Under the pieces are notes generated by a model, which was not told where the DNA came from, did not search any database, and saw only the letters and a program-made list of their open reading frames with translations. Both the position numbers and the translations under genes were made by a program. From Myxococcota bacterium (GTDB lineage Bacteria > Myxococcota_A > UBA9160 > UBA4427): a DNA stretch of 64,000 bases. Below are positions 30,758 to 45,256 of this stretch, in pieces. The number at the start of each line of letters is the position of its first letter. Position 1 is the first letter of the stretch. Location: assembly GCA_965250285.1 (NCBI GenBank), contig OZ252299.1:4864001-4928000 (forward strand), in the 5' to 3' direction.

Positions 30758-31066
30758 TCAGGCCTTGCCAGCGAGCTGGAAGGCGATCACGAGACCGTAG
30801 ATCGCGATCGACTCGATGAGCACCATGCCGAGGATGAAGTTGACGAAGAGCGCGCCGGCCGAGCCGGGGTTGCGCGCGATGCCGGCGGTGGTGTTGCCGG
30901 CGGTCAGGCCCTGGCCGATGCCGCAGCCGAGGCCCGCGAGGCCGACGGCCAGGCCGGCGCCGAGGCCGGGACCCATGCTGCTGCCACCACCATCGGCCGC
31001 GAAGGCGACGGCGGGCACCGTGAGGGCGACGAGCGTCCAGAGGGCAAGGCGAATGAAGCTACGCAT
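30758..31066 (-). CDS. atpE: ATP synthase F0 subunit c
   Basis: GxGxGQG, ARNP loop, conserved Glu in LIESIAIY; AAGGA RBS. Confidence 0.96.
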   Translation of the reverse strand: MRSFIRLALWTLVALTVPAVAFAADGGGSSMGPGLGAGLAVGLAGLGCGIGQGLTAGNTTAGIARNPGSAGALFVNFILGMVLIESIAIYGLVIAFQLAGKA

Positions 31067-31140
31067 TTGGTTTTCCTTGTGGATGGCTTCTCGTTTCGAT
31101 CGAGAAGGGTCGAGCAGGTTGAGTGAAGAACTCGCTTGGA

Positions 31141-31857
31141 TCAGTGGGACTCTTCGAGGGCCTCACCGATGTAGATCATGGTCAGCAGCGCGAACACCGC
31201 CGCCTGCAGGAAGCTCACGAGCAGGCCGAGACCGAGAAAGATCGCCGGCACGACGATGGGCACGAGGCCCAGCCACGTCACGACCACCGCGTGGTCGGCG
31301 AACATGTTCGCAACGAGACGAATCGACAGGGTTGCGATGCGCGCGAGGTGGAGCACCGATTCGAGCGGCAGAAAGAGCGGGGCCAGCAGACGCACGTGCC
31401 AGACCTTGCCCCCGATCGTCGGCGCCCAGAGCGACGGACCCATCAGGTGGTAGATGTACTTCCAGCCATGCGCCTTGATGCCGACGAAGTTGTAGACGAC
31501 GAACGAAATGATGGCCCAGGCCAGCGTCGTGTTGAAGTCGCTCGTGCTGCCGAGCATGCCCGGGATCAGGCTCATCACGTTCGAGATGAGCACGAAGAGG
31601 AAGATGGTGCCCACGACGGGGAAGTAGCGGCGGTAGTGCTCGCCGATCGTCATCTCGCCGAGGTCGGAGAGCTGCTCGACGATCACCTCCATCGCGTTGC
31701 GAATCGTGAACCCCTCTTCGGGGAGCACGCCGCCATCGGTGCCCATGCCGGCCTTCACACGCATGCCGGTCAGCAGAACGAGCACCGCCGCGAACAGCGC
31801 CGAAATCAGGACCCACGGCACGTGCAGGATGTGTTCGAGATTCAAAAAGACGTTCAT
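31141..31857 (-). CDS. atpB: ATP synthase F0 subunit a
   Basis: FLFVLISN..SLIPG, TLSIRLVANM (essential Arg), LQA.VF.LLT.IY. Confidence 0.95.
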   Translation of the reverse strand: MNVFLNLEHILHVPWVLISALFAAVLVLLTGMRVKAGMGTDGGVLPEEGFTIRNAMEVIVEQLSDLGEMTIGEHYRRYFPVVGTIFLFVLISNVMSLIPGMLGSTSDFNTTLAWAIISFVVYNFVGIKAHGWKYIYHLMGPSLWAPTIGGKVWHVRLLAPLFLPLESVLHLARIATLSIRLVANMFADHAVVVTWLGLVPIVVPAIFLGLGLLVSFLQAAVFALLTMIYIGEALEESH

Positions 31858-32435
31858 CGCTCGATCTGCCTCTCGGCGCCTTCGGCGCCGCCGTCTTCGT
31901 TGTCGCTCTCGTCTTCTTCTTCGCCGTCGTCGTCGCTCTGCGCGTCGCGCAGCTCGGCGGCCAGGTCGGCTTCTTCATCGAGGGCCGTCGGTCGCCAGAT
32001 GCTGTAGCGATCCCAGCTCTCGTCGTCGGGCGGTGGTACCTGCCACTCTTCTGCGTGGCGGGCGGCCAACGCGTCGAACTGCGGTCGGTTCAACCAACCG
32101 TCGATCAACACGGCCGGGATCGCGATGGAGAGCCCGCAGAGGAGCGCCACTGGATGGGCGCCCGCCTGCATCGCCAACACGATGCCCACACCGAGCAGAA
32201 CGAATCGCACGCTGAACAGGGCCAGCCACGGGCCAGACCCCTGCCCACCTCCCCCGAGATACACCCGCGCGCCGCGGATCAGCGCGCCGAAGTTCATGGC
32301 CTCGAGGGCTGCGCCGACGGCGAAGCTCGAGGCCACATGGGGCGAGGCGAGCGCGAAGGTCGCAGCAATCGCGCCTGCGCTCAACGTCAGATTCAGTCTT
32401 TCGACGCGTTCCAACTTCATGGCCATCTTCGCCAT
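31854..32435 (-). CDS. ATP synthase protein I-like membrane protein
   Basis: 4 TM segments with GAAL...NF and RF.L; overlaps the atpB start; acidic C-tail. Confidence 0.7.
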   Translation of the reverse strand: MAKMAMKLERVERLNLTLSAGAIAATFALASPHVASSFAVGAALEAMNFGALIRGARVYLGGGGQGSGPWLALFSVRFVLLGVGIVLAMQAGAHPVALLCGLSIAIPAVLIDGWLNRPQFDALAARHAEEWQVPPPDDESWDRYSIWRPTALDEEADLAAELRDAQSDDDGEEEDESDNEDGGAEGAERQIER

Positions 32436-32471
32436 CGCCGGCCCGCCCTGCCGCCGCGGATCACCCTCGAA

Positions 32472-32837
32472 TCAGCGATCCGTCGGGTCGTCGTCCGCGG
32501 TCTCGGTGGGCCGATCATCGTCGTCGGAAGCACGTCGATCGGTGCCGCCGAGTATCGTTTCCCTGTCTTCCGACCGCTCCGCAACCGACCGTTGCGGCTC
32601 GGTTTGTGCCTCGTCGGCCGCCTCGTCGACGAGCTCACGCATGCGCCACAGGCGCAGCACGAACGCCGCGAAACCGACGACGGCGCCGATGATCAGCCCG
32701 ACCGGCTCGGTCTCGAGCACGCGGTCGGCCATGTAGCCGATGCCGATCGCGATCGGAATCGCGAGGATCGCCTCCATCGCGCCCTGATAGGCGGCGCTCG
32801 CCTTCGAGGTCGCTGCGCGCGACATGCGCTCGGGCAC
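32472..32837 (-). CDS. AtpZ/AtpI-family small membrane protein
   Basis: GIGY.AD..L.T.P.GLIIG..VGFAA pattern; first gene of the F0 cluster. Start is uncertain. Confidence 0.75.
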   Translation of the reverse strand: MPERMSRAATSKASAAYQGAMEAILAIPIAIGIGYMADRVLETEPVGLIIGAVVGFAAFVLRLWRMRELVDEAADEAQTEPQRSVAERSEDRETILGGTDRRASDDDDRPTETADDDPTDR

Positions 32838-33085
32838 CAGGCGCGGTCCGCGCGATCGCGGTCTGTCCGGTTGTCGATCGACCGTGGCGGGCTCCCCGAG
32901 CCGGTACCGGCGGCTGCGAGGTCGAGGCCTCGCCCGGCGGCGACCGGCCAGCTGATTTCCTCAACGATCCCGCGTAGATGAGGCTGCCAGAGGCCGGCGC
33001 AGCATAGCCGACGGCCAGCGCTGCCTCAACGCGCGCGCTGCCGTTCGGCCGACGCGGTCTGTCGGTGAAGGCGCGCCCGCGGCGC

Positions 33086-34381
33086 TCAGCTCGAGCGCGC
33101 CGCCAGCGCGAAGCTCTCGCGCGCCGCGGCGAGCGTACGGGCGATGTCGCGATCGGTGTGCGAAAGCGAGACGAACCCCGCCTCGAAAGCCGACGGCGCG
33201 AGATACACGCCGCGATCGAGCATCGCCGCAAAGAACGTCTTGAACCGGTCGATGTCGGCGGCCTGGGCGTCGTCGAAGTCTTCGACGGGACCGGGATGAA
33301 AGAAGAAGCCCCACATGCCGCCGATCGCGCGGGCGCTGAGGGCGATCTCGGCCTCGGCCGCAGCGTCGACGAAACCGTCCGCGAGCGTACGGGTCAGCTT
33401 CTGCAACCGGGGGTAGACGCCCGGCTCAGCCAGCCGCGTGAGCGTCTCGAGCCCTGCGGCCATCGCGAGCGGATTGCCCGAGAGCGTGCCGGCCTGATAG
33501 ACGTCGCCTTCCGGCGCGATTCGCTCCATCAGATCGGAGCGACCGCCGTAGGCGGCGGCCGGCAAACCGCCACCGACGACCTTGCCGAGGCACGTGAGGT
33601 CGGGCGTGATCTTGAAGAGGCGCTGCGCGCCCCCTCGGGCGACCCGAAACCCCGTCATCACCTCGTCGAGGATCAGCAACGCGCCCTGTTCGTCGCAGAG
33701 CGCGCGCAGACCTTCGAGGAAGCCCTCGACGGGCGGAATGCACCCCATGTTGCCCGCAATGGGCTCGACGATCACGCAGGCGATCTCGCCGGGCCATTTG
33801 GCGAACGCGTTCGCAACGGCCTCGAGATCGTTGAACGGCGCCTGCACCGTCAGCTCTGTCATCGCCTTGGGCACACCGGGCGAGCCGGGGATGCCGAGCG
33901 TGGCCACACCGCTGCCGGCGCCGACGAGCAGCCCGTCGCTATGGCCGTGATAGCAACCGTCGAATTTGAGCACGCGGTCGCGACCCGTCACGCCGCGGGC
34001 GAGGCGAATCGCTGACATCGTCGCCTCGGTGCCCGATGAAACGAACCGGACCTTCTCGACGCTGGGGAGCGCCTTCGTCACGGCCGCGGCCAGTCGCGTC
34101 TCGATCTCGGTCGGGGCGCCGAAGCTGGTGCCGTTCTTCATGACGTCGCGAATCGCGCGCAGCACGCCCGAGTCGGCATGGCCGAGGATCATCGGCCCCC
34201 AGCTGCCGACGTAGTCGACATACGTGTGCCCGTCGGCATCGGTGATCTTGCTGCCCTTGGCCCTCTCGATGAAGGGGGGCGTGCCGCCCACCGAGCCGTA
34301 CGCCCGGACAGGGCTGTTGACGCCGCCGGGGATCAGCTTCTTCGCGCGGTTGAAGAGCTGCTTCGATCGTCTCTGATTCAT
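33086..34381 (-). CDS. hemL: Glutamate-1-semialdehyde 2,1-aminomutase
   Basis: IPGGVNSPVRA, SWGPMILGH, SGTEATMSAIRLAR, DEVMTGFR, GKVVGGGLP, YQAGTLSGNP. Confidence 0.97.
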   Translation of the reverse strand: MNQRRSKQLFNRAKKLIPGGVNSPVRAYGSVGGTPPFIERAKGSKITDADGHTYVDYVGSWGPMILGHADSGVLRAIRDVMKNGTSFGAPTEIETRLAAAVTKALPSVEKVRFVSSGTEATMSAIRLARGVTGRDRVLKFDGCYHGHSDGLLVGAGSGVATLGIPGSPGVPKAMTELTVQAPFNDLEAVANAFAKWPGEIACVIVEPIAGNMGCIPPVEGFLEGLRALCDEQGALLILDEVMTGFRVARGGAQRLFKITPDLTCLGKVVGGGLPAAAYGGRSDLMERIAPEGDVYQAGTLSGNPLAMAAGLETLTRLAEPGVYPRLQKLTRTLADGFVDAAAEAEIALSARAIGGMWGFFFHPGPVEDFDDAQAADIDRFKTFFAAMLDRGVYLAPSAFEAGFVSLSHTDRDIARTLAAARESFALAARSS

Positions 34382-34458
34382 CGCGGGGGGTCTCGAGGCA
34401 ACCTGCGGTGGCAGCCGGTTCGGGTCGGGGGTGGGCTTCGGCCTTCTCGGACCGATGC

Positions 34459-36978
<2,520 letters not shown>

Positions 36979-37063
36979 GGGTCCTCCTTCCTGGTTCTTC
37001 GGCGGGCCGCGGGATCGCGCGCGCACCGGTCGACGGCGACGGCTTACGCCGCGCGCCGTTGGA

Positions 37064-39670
<2,607 letters not shown>

Positions 39671-39705
39671 TCAGGGAGTCGGACCCCGTTTTCCGCCCGG
39701 CCCGC

Positions 39706-40818
39706 TCAGATCCGCATCGGCATGACCACGGCGAGGGTGTCGGGGTCGTCGGTCGGCGTCACTCGGGCGGGGCTCAGATCGTCCTGGAACGACAAGGTGA
39801 CCTCCTTGCCATGGGTCGCCGTGAGCGCGTCCTGGAGGTACTTCGCATTGAACCCGATCGAGAGCGCCTCGCCGCCGTACTCGACGTCGAGCTCTTCGCG
39901 GGCATCGCCGAGATCGGGATTGTTCGACGAGATCACGAGCTGCGAGTCACCGAGTTCGAGCTTCACGGCGCGGCTGCGCTCGCTCGAGAGCAGGGCGACG
40001 CGACGCACAGATCGGGCCAGCTCCTCGACCGGCAGCGTGAGCGAGGTCTTCTGGTCGGCCGGAATGACCTGGCGATAGTTCGGAAACTCGCCCTCGATCA
40101 GCCGCATCACGAGGGTCACGTCCCCCTTGCGGGCGAGTCCGTTGTTGCCCTCGAACGCAAGCTCGATCTCGTCGGCGTCGTCCTCGTCGACGAGGCGCTT
40201 GAGCTCAGCCAGACCCTTGCGGGGGATGATCACCCCACTCGAAAGGCCCTCGACCTCACTCGTGAGGTTGCGGTCGACGAGCGCAAGGCGATGGCCGTCG
40301 GTCGCCGCCATGCGGATCTTGCCCGAATCCTCGAGCACCTCGAGGTAGACGCCGTTGAGGTTGTACCGGGTCTCGTCTGCAGAGGCGGCGTACATCGTGC
40401 GCTCGATCATCGAGCCCAGGACGGCCGATTGAACCGGCACCGTCTTCTCGGGCGCGAAGACCGGCAGCGTCGGGTACTCCTCGGCGGAGGTGCCGGCGAG
40501 GGTGAATCGGGCCCGGGCGCACTGGATCTCGAGGTACGAGTTGGCGGTTGCTTCGAGGGTGACCGCGTCGTCGGGCAGCTCGCGCACGATCTCGAAGAAT
40601 TTCTTGGCCGAGACGGTGAGACCGCCGGCCTGACTGATCTCGGCTTCGTGGGCCCCCCGAATGCCGACCTCGAGGTCGGTCGCTGCGATCTCGAGCTTCC
40701 CGTCGTTGGCCTCGAGCAGTGCGTTCGCGAGGATCGGCATCGAGTTTCGCTTCTCGACGATCGACTGGATGCGCGCAAGACCTCGTTGCAGCTCGGCTTT
40801 GGCGATCGTGAGTTTCAT
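39706..40818 (-). CDS. dnaN: DNA polymerase III beta sliding clamp
   Basis: ATDLE, ETRYNLNG, ATDGHRL, IIPRK, EGEFPNY, C-terminal VVMPMRI. Confidence 0.97.
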   Translation of the reverse strand: MKLTIAKAELQRGLARIQSIVEKRNSMPILANALLEANDGKLEIAATDLEVGIRGAHEAEISQAGGLTVSAKKFFEIVRELPDDAVTLEATANSYLEIQCARARFTLAGTSAEEYPTLPVFAPEKTVPVQSAVLGSMIERTMYAASADETRYNLNGVYLEVLEDSGKIRMAATDGHRLALVDRNLTSEVEGLSSGVIIPRKGLAELKRLVDEDDADEIELAFEGNNGLARKGDVTLVMRLIEGEFPNYRQVIPADQKTSLTLPVEELARSVRRVALLSSERSRAVKLELGDSQLVISSNNPDLGDAREELDVEYGGEALSIGFNAKYLQDALTATHGKEVTLSFQDDLSPARVTPTDDPDTLAVVMPMRI

Positions 40819-41457
40819 CCCGAAGCTCTTCCCATATTGAATGGATTTTTAGTTTTAGTAGCAGTAGCGTTTACGAAGCCCGACAAATCCCAGTCAACTC
40901 ACCGGAATTCCAGCACTTTCGCGTGCGTCGGGAAGTGTCCGGGCTCCGTCCCCCACCGCCTTCGGACGACATCGCGCCCCGAGTCGCAGGACAGGGGCGC
41001 GTCGATTTGTCGCGATCTTACCATGCGGGGTGCGCCTTCGGGCCTCGGCAGGGCGGGAAACGCCCGAAACGCAGAGGCTTTTCGCGCCGCCGTCACGCCG
41101 GCGGGGATGGCAGGGGCCACCCCTGGTCGCTACTCTGCGCCGCCTCGTGAACGCGGGGGGTCCTGTCCTTCGGCGTTCTCAGCTGCGCCACATTCACATC
41201 ATCAGATCGAGCCCGACCGCCTTTCCAAACCAGGCCGTCATCCCGGGCCATGATCTCGTAACGCGGTTTCGCGACCGTTCGGCCCCCACTTCGGGCCCCG
41301 GCGCCACCGCCGCACCCCATCCGATGCCGCGATGCGCGGTGGGGAGCCGCTTCGGCGGTCCCATCGGCCGAGCGAGCCGGCGCCCGCGCTGTGACGCGGG
41401 CCCGAATTCGCCGCTGCTCGGCACGGCACGCGACACGGACGGAGGGGAGAGGGAAAG
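40819..41457. other. Candidate chromosomal origin region (dnaN-rpmH intergenic, no dnaA gene)
   Basis: Divergence point of the core genes; AT-rich tract 40834-40875 containing TAGTTTTAGTAGCAGTAG (DnaA-trio-like); parS pair 4 kb away. Confidence 0.55.
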
Positions 41458-41607
41458 ATGAAGAGGACCTATCAGCCGAGCCGCATCAAGCGCCTCCGCA
41501 AGCACGGCTTTCGCAGTCGAATGAAGACGAAGGCCGGTCGCGCGATCTTGAAGCGACGGCGCGCGAAGGGTCGCAAGCGGCTCGCAGCGACGGTTCCCTC
41601 CAAGTAG
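41458..41607 (+). CDS. rpmH: 50S ribosomal protein L34 (below the ORF-track cutoff)
   Basis: Hand translation [49 protein letters not shown]. Confidence 0.97.
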   Translation: MKRTYQPSRIKRLRKHGFRSRMKTKAGRAILKRRRAKGRKRLAATVPSK

Positions 41608-41609
41608 TC

Positions 41610-42011
41610 ATGACGACGCGGACCGGCCGGTTTCGACGGTCGGACCGGGTGCGGCAGGGGATCGACTACCGCCGCATCTCGCGCACGGCTGCTCGTCACG
41701 GATCTCGTGAGTTCGTCGTTCTGGTGGCTCCTCTGGGCCCCGACTGCGAAACCGATCCCGCACAGCCTTCGCGACGTCTCGGGCTCACGGTCAGCCGCAA
41801 GGTCGGGAATGCCGTGGCGAGAAATCATGTGAAGCGACGAGTGCGCGAGTGGTTTCGGGCCGAGCGCGAAGCGCTCCCCGAGAACGTCGACGTGGTCGTG
41901 ATCGCGAAGCCCGGCGCCGCCGAGCTCGACAGCGATGGGGTGCGCGCATCGCTTCGCAAGGCGCTCGCGTCGAAGCCCCGACGCAGTCGGGGGCGAGGTC
42001 GCCATGCCTGA
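41610..42011 (+). CDS. rnpA: Ribonuclease P protein component
   Basis: [32 protein letters not shown]; position after rpmH. Confidence 0.93.
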   Translation: MTTRTGRFRRSDRVRQGIDYRRISRTAARHGSREFVVLVAPLGPDCETDPAQPSRRLGLTVSRKVGNAVARNHVKRRVREWFRAEREALPENVDVVVIAKPGAAELDSDGVRASLRKALASKPRRSRGRGRHA

Positions 42012-42300
42012 CGCCATGACGCTCGAGGCTCGTTCGCCGCGGCCCGGCGAGACCGAATGGCGTCGTCGCCTGCGCTCGGTCTTCCAGTGGCCGGCGCGAC
42101 TCGCGATGGGTTTGATTCGTCTCTATCAGGCGACGCTGTCGCGGGCGTTGGGTTCGCGCTGCCGCTTCCACCCGAGCTGCTCGCAGTACACCCATGACGC
42201 GATGGGTCGCTATGGCCTGGTGCGCGGCGCCTGGCTCGGCGCGCGCCGCATTGGTCGTTGTCACCCCTTCCACGACGGCGGCTTCGACCCCGTTCCCTGA
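42004..42300 (+). CDS. yidD: Membrane protein insertion efficiency factor
   Basis: [30 protein letters not shown]. Confidence 0.93.
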   Translation: MPDAMTLEARSPRPGETEWRRRLRSVFQWPARLAMGLIRLYQATLSRALGSRCRFHPSCSQYTHDAMGRYGLVRGAWLGARRIGRCHPFHDGGFDPVP

Positions 42301-42313
42301 GGATCAAAGACCC

Positions 42314-44059
42314 TTGGACCGAAACCTGATCCTCGCCGTCGCCCTGTCGATGCTGGTGCTCATCAGCTGGACGGCGCTCCAGGCCTCGTTCGCGCCGCCG
42401 CCCGACGAGACGGTGGTCGAGGAGACGAGCGTCGAAGAGGGCGCCGTCGCCGATCGCGATGAGGCTGCCGAGCCCGGTGATGCGGTTGAGCCGCCGACCG
42501 CGAGCGCGGCCGCCGAAGCGGCCGATTCGCCGGCCCCGAGCGACTCGGCGAACACGTTCGCAGATCGAAAAGTCATTGAAACACGAGATGTTGCACCATG
42601 GACCCGGGATCTCGACAGCCCGCTCGTGCACGCCCGTCTGAACAACCGGGGCGCGACCTTCGATCGCTGGGAACTCAAGGACTACACCGCGAGCGCCAGC
42701 GTCGAACGACCCATCGAGCTGATCGAGCAGGGCGCGCCCTACGACATCGTGCTCGCGACGCCGTTCGAAGAGCTCGGCTTCGGCGACCTGAGCGCCGAGC
42801 GCTGGGAGGTCGTCTCAGACGCCCCCGATGCCGTGACGTTCGCGCTCGAGCGCGGCGGTGTTCGCCTCTTCAAGACCTTCCGCCGGGCGGCCAACGACTA
42901 CGGGTTCCACCTCGACATCCGCGTCGAGAACCAGACCGGGCGCGTCATTACGCCCGAGTTCGGCCTGGTCTGGCCGGCGGTGCTCGGTGAATCGGACGAG
43001 TCGGCGCAGCTCTCTCTGATCGTGCTCGACAATGACGACGTCACCCGCGAGCTGGTCTCGGGGCTCGGCGGCAGCGGTTTCCTCGGTGGCTTGTTCGGCG
43101 GGGGCGACGACGAGGGGCCGCCGCGCTTCGAAGGCGTGCGCTGGGCCGGGACCGACCTCAAGTACTTCGCCGGTCTCGTGGTGCCGCCGAAGGGCGTCGG
43201 CTCGGAGGTCGTGTTCGAGACGATCGATCCCGGCAAGGTCGGCGAGATGCGCATGCACCTCGAGCCGTCGGTGATCGATCCGGGCCTCTCGGCGACGCGA
43301 TCGTTCTTCGTGTTTCTCGGCCCGAAGGAGCCGCCGCTGCTCGAGGCGCTCGGGTATCAGCTGACCGAGTCGATCGATCGCGGTTGGTCGTGGGTCTCGC
43401 CGCTCGCCGCGTTCTTCGAGCGGGCGCTGCACTTCCTGTATCGCTTCATCCCGAACTACGGGGTCGTGATCATCCTGCTGACGGTCCTCGTGCGACTCGC
43501 CACCTGGCCGATCATGTCGCGGCAGATGAAGAGCGCCGAGAAGATGCGCGAGGTGATGCCGCGGCTGAAGGAGATTCAGGAGAAGTACAAGGACGATCGT
43601 CAGAAGCAGAGCGAAGAGACGTTCAAGCTCTACCGCGAAGAGGGCGTGAACCCGCTCGCGGGCTGCTTCCCCTTGCTGCTCCAGATGCCGGTCTTCATCG
43701 GCCTCTTCTATGCGCTGCAGAGCTCGATCGATCTGCGGCACGCGCCGTTCATGCTGTGGATCAATGATCTGTCGCAGCCGGCGACCCTGTTCTACCTGCC
43801 GGGGCTCGACTTCCCCGTTCGACTGCTGCCGATCCTGATGGGCGCGAGCATGTTCGCCCAACAGAAGATGACGCCGCAGACGGGCATGGATCCGGCTCAG
43901 CAACAGATGATGCTCATCATGATGCCCGGCATGATGCTCTTCATCTCATACACCTTTCCTTCCGGGCTCGTCCTCTACTGGACCGTCAGCAATCTGCTCG
44001 GCATCGGCCACCAGCTCTGGGTGCGTCGGAACATGCAGAAGAAGGAAGCGACGGCCTGA
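42314..44059 (+). CDS. yidC: Membrane protein insertase
   Basis: NYGVVIILLT..VR, GVNPLAGC.P.L.QMP, PSGLVLYW.VSN. TTG start at LDRNLILA. Confidence 0.96.
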   Translation: MDRNLILAVALSMLVLISWTALQASFAPPPDETVVEETSVEEGAVADRDEAAEPGDAVEPPTASAAAEAADSPAPSDSANTFADRKVIETRDVAPWTRDLDSPLVHARLNNRGATFDRWELKDYTASASVERPIELIEQGAPYDIVLATPFEELGFGDLSAERWEVVSDAPDAVTFALERGGVRLFKTFRRAANDYGFHLDIRVENQTGRVITPEFGLVWPAVLGESDESAQLSLIVLDNDDVTRELVSGLGGSGFLGGLFGGGDDEGPPRFEGVRWAGTDLKYFAGLVVPPKGVGSEVVFETIDPGKVGEMRMHLEPSVIDPGLSATRSFFVFLGPKEPPLLEALGYQLTESIDRGWSWVSPLAAFFERALHFLYRFIPNYGVVIILLTVLVRLATWPIMSRQMKSAEKMREVMPRLKEIQEKYKDDRQKQSEETFKLYREEGVNPLAGCFPLLLQMPVFIGLFYALQSSIDLRHAPFMLWINDLSQPATLFYLPGLDFPVRLLPILMGASMFAQQKMTPQTGMDPAQQQMMLIMMPGMMLFISYTFPSGLVLYWTVSNLLGIGHQLWVRRNMQKKEATA

Positions 44060-44112
44060 GGACGCCTGGCGCGGCGCCCACACGATTCGTGCGCGCCGAC
44101 AACACGGAGTGA

Positions 44113-45000
44113 GTGATGTACGACAGAAAGAACGAAGCGAACGAGTTCGTGGCGGACACCGTTGAAGAGGCCAAGGCCGATGCGGCGCGCTTCTACGACA
44201 TGGATCAGGAAGAGCTTCGCATCGCCGAAGCCCCGGCCGGTGAGATCTACGGGCTGGGTGGACGCGCCGCGATCGTGGCGATCCCGAAGAATGCAAAGCC
44301 GCCGACACCGTCGCGTGACGGTGGCGATGGGGGTGGCCGAGGCCGCGACCGCGGCGAGCGACGCGAGCGGGGCGGGCGAGGCGACCGCGGTGGCCGGGGT
44401 CGACGCGACCGGGGCGATCGCGGTGACCGGGGCGAGCGGCGCGAGAGCCGCTCGGAGGCCCCGGCGCCCGAAGCCGGTCCTTTAGGCAAGGCGACGCGAT
44501 CGGGCGAGGTCGGCGTCGTCGGTGAGTTCGTGGCCGGGGTGATGGAGCGGCTGCGCATTGGCGACCTCGACGTGTCGGAGACGCGGGAGGGCGACATGCT
44601 CGTCATCCAGATCGGTGGGGATGCGGTGAAAAACCTACACTCCAACGATGCCCGCGCGACGGACGCACTGCAGCTTCTGGCCGCACAGGCCGCCAAGCAG
44701 GCCGACGACGACGCTCCGCGCGTGGTCATCGAGATCGAAGGGGAGTCGGATGACCGCGAGGACTCGCTGAAGGAGCTCGCCGCGCGTGCATTGAAGCGAG
44801 CTCGTTCGACGGAGCGCAGCATCGCGCTCGATCCGATGAGCCCGCGCGACCGCCGCGTCATTCATCTCGCTGTGCGCGATGAGGAAGGCGTGGCCACGAT
44901 GTCGATCGGCAGTGGCCGCTTCCGCCAGGTGCTCGTGGTTCCCGAAGGCGCGCGCGAGTACGAAGAGGCGCTCGAGTCCGGGGAGGGTGGCGCGGGCTGA
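44113..45000 (+). CDS. jag: Jag/EloR (KhpB) family RNA-binding protein, R3H domain
   Basis: Jag_N-like start, RG/RD-rich linker, C-terminal L.PM...DRRVIH R3H; position after yidC. Confidence 0.8.
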   Translation: MMYDRKNEANEFVADTVEEAKADAARFYDMDQEELRIAEAPAGEIYGLGGRAAIVAIPKNAKPPTPSRDGGDGGGRGRDRGERRERGGRGDRGGRGRRDRGDRGDRGERRESRSEAPAPEAGPLGKATRSGEVGVVGEFVAGVMERLRIGDLDVSETREGDMLVIQIGGDAVKNLHSNDARATDALQLLAAQAAKQADDDAPRVVIEIEGESDDREDSLKELAARALKRARSTERSIALDPMSPRDRRVIHLAVRDEEGVATMSIGSGRFRQVLVVPEGAREYEEALESGEGGAG

Positions 45001-45025
45001 CGCGCGACCCAGACGACGGGATTCG

Positions 45026-45063
45026 AAGGGGCGGGGCGCGCGAGCGCTCCGCCCCTTGTCTTT
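45026..45063 (+). terminator. Stem-loop terminator after jag
   Basis: AAGGGGCGGGGCGC-GCGA-GCGCTCCGCCCCTT followed by GTCTTT. Confidence 0.65.
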
Positions 45064-45118
45064 GGGGCTTCGCACGTCGGCCGAGGGGGCCGCCGGTGCG
45101 ACGCGGGCGGCCGTCGTC

Positions 45119-45134
45119 CGTTCCACGTGGAACG
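45119..45134. promoter_or_regulatory. parS centromere site 1
   Basis: Perfect 16-bp palindrome CGTTCCACGTGGAACG matching the GTTNCACGTGNAAC core; upstream of rsmG-parAB. Confidence 0.9.
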
Positions 45135-45156
45135 CGTCGCTCTGGCTGCCATGCTC

Positions 45157-45172
45157 CGTTCCACGTGGAACG
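45157..45172. promoter_or_regulatory. parS centromere site 2
   Basis: Identical palindrome CGTTCCACGTGGAACG, 38 bp from site 1. Confidence 0.9.
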
Positions 45173-45256
45173 CGTCCAGCATGGGCCTGGCGGCTCCCGC
45201 TCACTCGGGGCATGGTCCGCCCGACCTGGCCTCTCCATCGGCCCAGGGAGTCGATA

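Noticed and set aside
40899..41505. Short ORFs as dnaA remnants
   Set aside because: No Walker A, AAA+ or domain IV similarity is visible; composition is that of GC-rich shadow ORFs.
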